In this document: positions 60,184-64,000 of the stretch, one piece after another
Layout: each line of letters opens with the position of its first letter
Position numbering within the stretch: position 1 is the first letter of the stretch
Source of the DNA: Candidatus Hydrogenedentota bacterium
GTDB lineage: Bacteria > Hydrogenedentota > Hydrogenedentia > Hydrogenedentales > SLHB01
Direction of reading: 5' to 3'
DNA length: 64,000 bases
Assembly (NCBI GenBank): GCA_963668025.2
Contig: CAXXTH010000017.1
Span: forward strand, 1,440,001 to 1,504,000
Position numbers and translations under genes: made by a program
Notes under the pieces: generated by a model
Seen by the model: only the letters and a program-made list of their open reading frames with translations
What the model was told of the DNA's origin: nothing
The model's database searches: none

Positions 60184-61905
60184 CTACATCCGGTCTACAA
60201 TTTCGATCCCGAGCAGCCCGAGGGCGTTGCGCAAGGTTTGGCGCGTGGCGGCGCAAAGCTGGGCGCGGGAATCGCGCAATGCCGGTGTAGCGGCGTCGAG
60301 GACGGGGCATTCGTGGTAGAACGTGGTGAACGCACGGGCCGCATCCAACACGTACTGGGCAATGGGCGCGCAGGAGCGTTGCGATAAGGCCGTTTGTACT
60401 ACGGTGGGAAATTCCGACAGCTTCAAGCACAACAGCCACTCGGCGTCGGTTTCCATGGTGAAGCTCCCGGACACCGGCGGCACATCCATCCCGTACTTCC
60501 GCAGGATCGAGGCGATGCGCGCGCAGGAATACTGCACATACGGCCCCGTGTCGCCCGAGAAGGACAGGCTCGATTCCCAGTCAAACACGACGTTTTTATT
60601 CGGATTCACCCGCAGAATCGCGAATCGCACCGCCGCCACGGCCACTTTTATGGCGATGGACCTGCGCTCTTCGGGGGAAAGGTCGCGGCATTGCTCCTCG
60701 ACCTTCTCGGCAGAACGCCGCGCCGCTTCATCTAGGAAATCCGAGAGCAGCACGACCTTGCCTTGGCGGGTGGACATTTTGCCGTCTTTGAGCACGATAT
60801 AGGCGTAATACACCGCCTCGGGATACTGGTGCCCCGCCGCTTCGAGGATCATGGACTGCTGCTGGGCGTAGAGCTTGTGGTCTTCGCCGAGAATGATCAG
60901 GTTCAGGTCCGCGCATTGCTCCATCTTGTGGATGGTATACGCGAGATCGCGGTAGCCGTACATCGAGCTGCCGTTGGCCCGCATGAGGACGAAATAACGC
61001 CCTTCTTCCTGCGTATGGCCTAACGCCGAAAGGTCCACCACGAGGCGGCCTTCTTCATCCGTGAAGACCGCGTTCCGCGCCTGCAACGCGGCCACAATGG
61101 CATCCAGGCGTGGGTCGCGCACGAAATTGGATTCGCGGTCGAACACATCGTAATTAATGCCCAAGCGCGCCAGCACCAGGATTTGGCCGTTCAAGCACAG
61201 GTTGGTGACGGCATGGAATTTGGCCCGTGTCTCGGGGTCGCCTTCTTCCATCCGCGCGAGCAGGGAATAGCCCTTGGCGGCGAAAGATTCGTCATCCTCC
61301 GCACGCTGGTTGGCCTGGACATAGGCATCGAGCACTTCCTCGAAACGGATATCCGGCTCAGCGCCTTCCGCCAAAACGCCCACTTTTTCTTCAATAGCCA
61401 GCACCAGCAGGCCGATTTGGCGGCCCATGTCGTTGACGTAATAATGAACGCTGACATCGTATCCTTCGAAGCGGAGCAGCCGGACGATGCTGTCGCCGAT
61501 CATGGCGTTGCGCGCCCGGCCCACATGGGGGCTTGCATTCGGATTGATGCTCGTGTGCTCGACCAGCGCCGTCTTGCCCGCACCCGTCGCGCCGGAACCA
61601 AAATATGCGCCCATATCAAAAACGTGATCAGCCAGGCGGCGGCCAAAAAAGGCGCGGTCGATATGGAAATTCACATACGGCCCCGCCAATGCCGTTGATT
61701 TAACTTCAGGGCCAAAAGACGTCTCGTCCGCGATGCGTTTCGCCATATCAGGCGGAGCTATGCCCAGGCGTTTCGCAGGCAGGAAAGCGCGCAATGCCAT
61801 ATCGCCCATACCCGGCTTGGGAGCGGGCGAGAACACTAGGTCCGCAGGCTCCAAACTTGGAAAAGCCTTCAAAATGGCATCTGCGATAGGCGCGAACAAT
61901 TCCAA
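60184..61905 (-). CDS. argS: Arginine--tRNA ligase
   Basis: HIGH-like 'EHTSINPNASPHVGRARNA', 'YYVNDMGRQ', 'YRDLAY', 'KMSTRQG', 'GDTGPYVQYSCARIASIL'. Confidence 0.95.
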   Translation of the reverse strand: MELFAPIADAILKAFPSLEPADLVFSPAPKPGMGDMALRAFLPAKRLGIAPPDMAKRIADETSFGPEVKSTALAGPYVNFHIDRAFFGRRLADHVFDMGAYFGSGATGAGKTALVEHTSINPNASPHVGRARNAMIGDSIVRLLRFEGYDVSVHYYVNDMGRQIGLLVLAIEEKVGVLAEGAEPDIRFEEVLDAYVQANQRAEDDESFAAKGYSLLARMEEGDPETRAKFHAVTNLCLNGQILVLARLGINYDVFDRESNFVRDPRLDAIVAALQARNAVFTDEEGRLVVDLSALGHTQEEGRYFVLMRANGSSMYGYRDLAYTIHKMEQCADLNLIILGEDHKLYAQQQSMILEAAGHQYPEAVYYAYIVLKDGKMSTRQGKVVLLSDFLDEAARRSAEKVEEQCRDLSPEERRSIAIKVAVAAVRFAILRVNPNKNVVFDWESSLSFSGDTGPYVQYSCARIASILRKYGMDVPPVSGSFTMETDAEWLLCLKLSEFPTVVQTALSQRSCAPIAQYVLDAARAFTTFYHECPVLDAATPALRDSRAQLCAATRQTLRNALGLLGIEIVDRM

Positions 61906-61933
61906 TGTACAGTCTCCTTTTCAACTATAGAAC

Positions 61934-62733
61934 GCAGGGTGGGGCTTGCCCCACCGCTCAAAGCCATACTCCGCCTGGCGGGATAGCAATCATTGATCCA
62001 CAAATGATGCATATGGCATAACGCGGCATGGCGGCAACTAAAGATCCGGATTTTGAGACCACTAAACACACTAACTACACTAAAATCTGTAGGGTGGGGC
62101 TTGCCCCACCGATCAAGGGATACGCCTATACAGTCTCGAACATAATCATTTTATATGCAATGGTTTCTCAGGAAAATTTTCGCAAGAAAACAACATTTCG
62201 GCAAATAGTAGCATGGATGATAAAATACCGCAGAGGCAGGTTGCACCATTATAACCACTGATTTATACGGTGAATCGGACCTTGCCCTAAATAATCATAG
62301 CGAAGATCGCACCACTATCTTTCAAAAAGGTAACACTTTAGTCGACTGAAGTAGCATCTGATATTTGGCAGCCTTGTTTATTCCTTTTCGCCGGTATTGA
62401 TACATTATTTTGCATCTGACGACCGACGATGGCGTCGGTCCCACACTTTTTAATGTAATCAAATTGTGGGACCGGCGCCCTCGCCGGTCCTTCTTCACCA
62501 CTTGGCTAAAGTGTTACTCAACATCTTGTTTTCTTGCGATGATTTTCCGTGTAAGCAAGTCAGAGTACATTAACTTGATATAGCATACGATTTTCAGGGT
62601 ATTTGGGCTGGCTCCTCCTTTGACTGGTGGGGCAAGCCCCACCCTACGTCAAGATTGTAAAAATCGATTATTCGTGATCATCCGTGCCTATTCGTGGTTC
62701 AAGATCCGGATCTTTGGCCGCGACGATGCCGTG
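61934..62733. repeat. Nested set of inverted repeats / REP elements
   Basis: GTAGGGTGGGGCTTGCCCCACC at 62089-62110, inverted at 62626-62647, plus a variant at 61934-61955; four further nested inverted pairs (see findings). Confidence 0.78.
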
Positions 62734-62741
62734 GAAGCAAC

Positions 62742-63287
62742 TCACTGCCCCGTGGGGGCGTCCGGCGCACCGGATTCACCGTATATTTTTTCTTCCTGCT
62801 CGCGCAGGTGCTTGTCCACGTCCGTCAGATAGCGTTTCGTGATGAGCACCAAGTGGTAGCCGAATCCCGTACGGATTATACCGCTCACCTGGCCGATGGG
62901 GCCTTTCCACACATACTCCTCGAAATCGCCCTGATAGGTTCCTTTCTTGGCGGGGCCTAGATCGCCGCCCTTCGTGGCGCTATAGGGATCTTCGGAATAC
63001 TTCTCCGCCAATTCCGCGAATGTTTTCTTGAGTTCATCAGGCGACTTGATGCCGTCGAGCTGCTGTTTGAGCTCTTTTAGGCGTTCGAGGGCGCGGGCTT
63101 TTTCCGCGGGATTATTTAGGTCCGCCTTAATCAGAATATGGCTGGCCGTCACCTCCGAGCGAGACGGCTTGACTGGCCCCATGAGCCAAAGCCCGAGCAG
63201 CATCACCACAAACAGCCCCGCCACAATGAGCCACCACCGTTTGGTGCGATCCGGCGTTTCCTCGACTTTATTGGATTCAAAGGACAT
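62742..63287 (-). CDS. Membrane-anchored parvulin-type (PpiC) peptidyl-prolyl isomerase
   Basis: N-terminal TM; 'ASHILIK', 'FAELAEKYSEDP.SATKGGDLG', 'IRTGFGYHLV'. Confidence 0.9.
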   Translation of the reverse strand: MSFESNKVEETPDRTKRWWLIVAGLFVVMLLGLWLMGPVKPSRSEVTASHILIKADLNNPAEKARALERLKELKQQLDGIKSPDELKKTFAELAEKYSEDPYSATKGGDLGPAKKGTYQGDFEEYVWKGPIGQVSGIIRTGFGYHLVLITKRYLTDVDKHLREQEEKIYGESGAPDAPTGQ

Positions 63288-64000
63288 TGTTTAACGCTCC
63301 AAAATATGCTCCATAAAACTGAAGAAGAACATACAACACCAAGCCTGCCACGGCCAAGTATAAGACATAATAAAGCACTTTCGCCATTTGCTCCGAGGCG
63401 TGCATGGCCTCGTCGGTATACCATTGGGCGCATTTGCGCAGCGCCGAGTCCAGTTTGCCGCTCACTTCGCCTACCCGCAGCATCTCGTGTGAAGTCGGCA
63501 GGAAATACCGGCTTCGTGCGAAAGCGTCCACGAGGGACGAGCCATCGCGGACCATCGGTATGGCGTTGAGCATATCTTGCTCGATATACGGATTCGCTGT
63601 TACGGCGGCGGCGCGCTCGATGCAACGCACTATCGGAACGCCGCTGCCGATTAGCAAAGCCATGCTGCGGAAGAACCGCGCCAGTGCGAAACGCCGCGCC
63701 ACTGGGGCGATGGGCCAGACAAATGTCGCCACCCAGCCCACAATCCACTTGAGCACGCCCATCCGCGAAAGGCCCATGCAACCCAGCGCCAGGAGTCCAA
63801 GGACAAATGCCGTCTTGATTTGAAACCAGGCATATCCGCCCAGATAGCGTCCAAACGAGAAGGCCGGGCCTTTTCCAAAGATCGAGCCGAACGCCTCCCG
63901 GATCAATGGCACGGAGAACGTGCCCGCGAACCAAGCCAGCACCACCAGCACGCACGGATACGTCAGTGCGCTCACCATGGCGCGCTGTATCTTGAGGCGG
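63277..64000 (-). CDS. Type II secretion F / PilC family platform protein, C-terminal part (truncated by window edge)
   Basis: 'SALTYP', 'LARFFRSMALLIGSGVPI', 'MLRVGEVSGKLD'. Confidence 0.88.
   Translation of the reverse strand, partial: RLKIQRAMVSALTYPCVLVVLAWFAGTFSVPLIREAFGSIFGKGPAFSFGRYLGGYAWFQIKTAFVLGLLALGCMGLSRMGVLKWIVGWVATFVWPIAPVARRFALARFFRSMALLIGSGVPIVRCIERAAAVTANPYIEQDMLNAIPMVRDGSSLVDAFARSRYFLPTSHEMLRVGEVSGKLDSALRKCAQWYTDEAMHASEQMAKVLYYVLYLAVAGLVLYVLLQFYGAYFGALNNVL

Noticed and set aside
1-64000. CRISPR array, cas genes or rRNA
   Set aside because: No regularly spaced direct repeats with unique spacers, and no cas- or rRNA-like sequence recognised; the repeats are inverted REP/MITE types
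63277-64000. PilC/GspF as a partner of the OPX-secretin fusion
   Set aside because: It lies over 22 kb away on the opposite strand with unrelated genes between; no evidence of linkage, although it cannot be excluded

Overview
A 64-kb, GC-rich bacterial chromosomal window. It is probably from Candidatus Hydrogenedentota or a similar uncultured diderm, which is an inference from gene style and not shown. It holds about 45 protein genes, one tRNA-Ser(GGA), an IS1182-family element that interrupts a sugar ABC permease, and many small inverted-repeat elements (MITE/REP/REPIN-like). Housekeeping genes include nrdD/nrdG, fba, fumC, rlmB, tcdA, a TatD nuclease and argS. The most striking locus is the operon at 36.2-44.6 kb: ExeA-type AAA ATPase, membrane-anchored TPR protein, a protein fusing a Wza/OPX Poly_export domain directly to a secretin (N3 plus secretin barrel), Wzc tyrosine kinase, and Wzy/O-antigen-ligase-like protein. 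It looks like a polysaccharide export machine that uses a secretin as its outer-membrane pore. Other notable features are five tandem secreted serpins with divergent reactive loops, a long structured nrdD leader behind tandem NrdR boxes, an nrdD-nrdG fusion caused by one extra A in an A7 run, a twice-present 186-bp MITE, a five-layer nested inverted-repeat structure, and an archaeal-looking ArgRS. No CRISPR array, rRNA or prophage was seen. All domain calls come from motif recognition by eye, not database searches.
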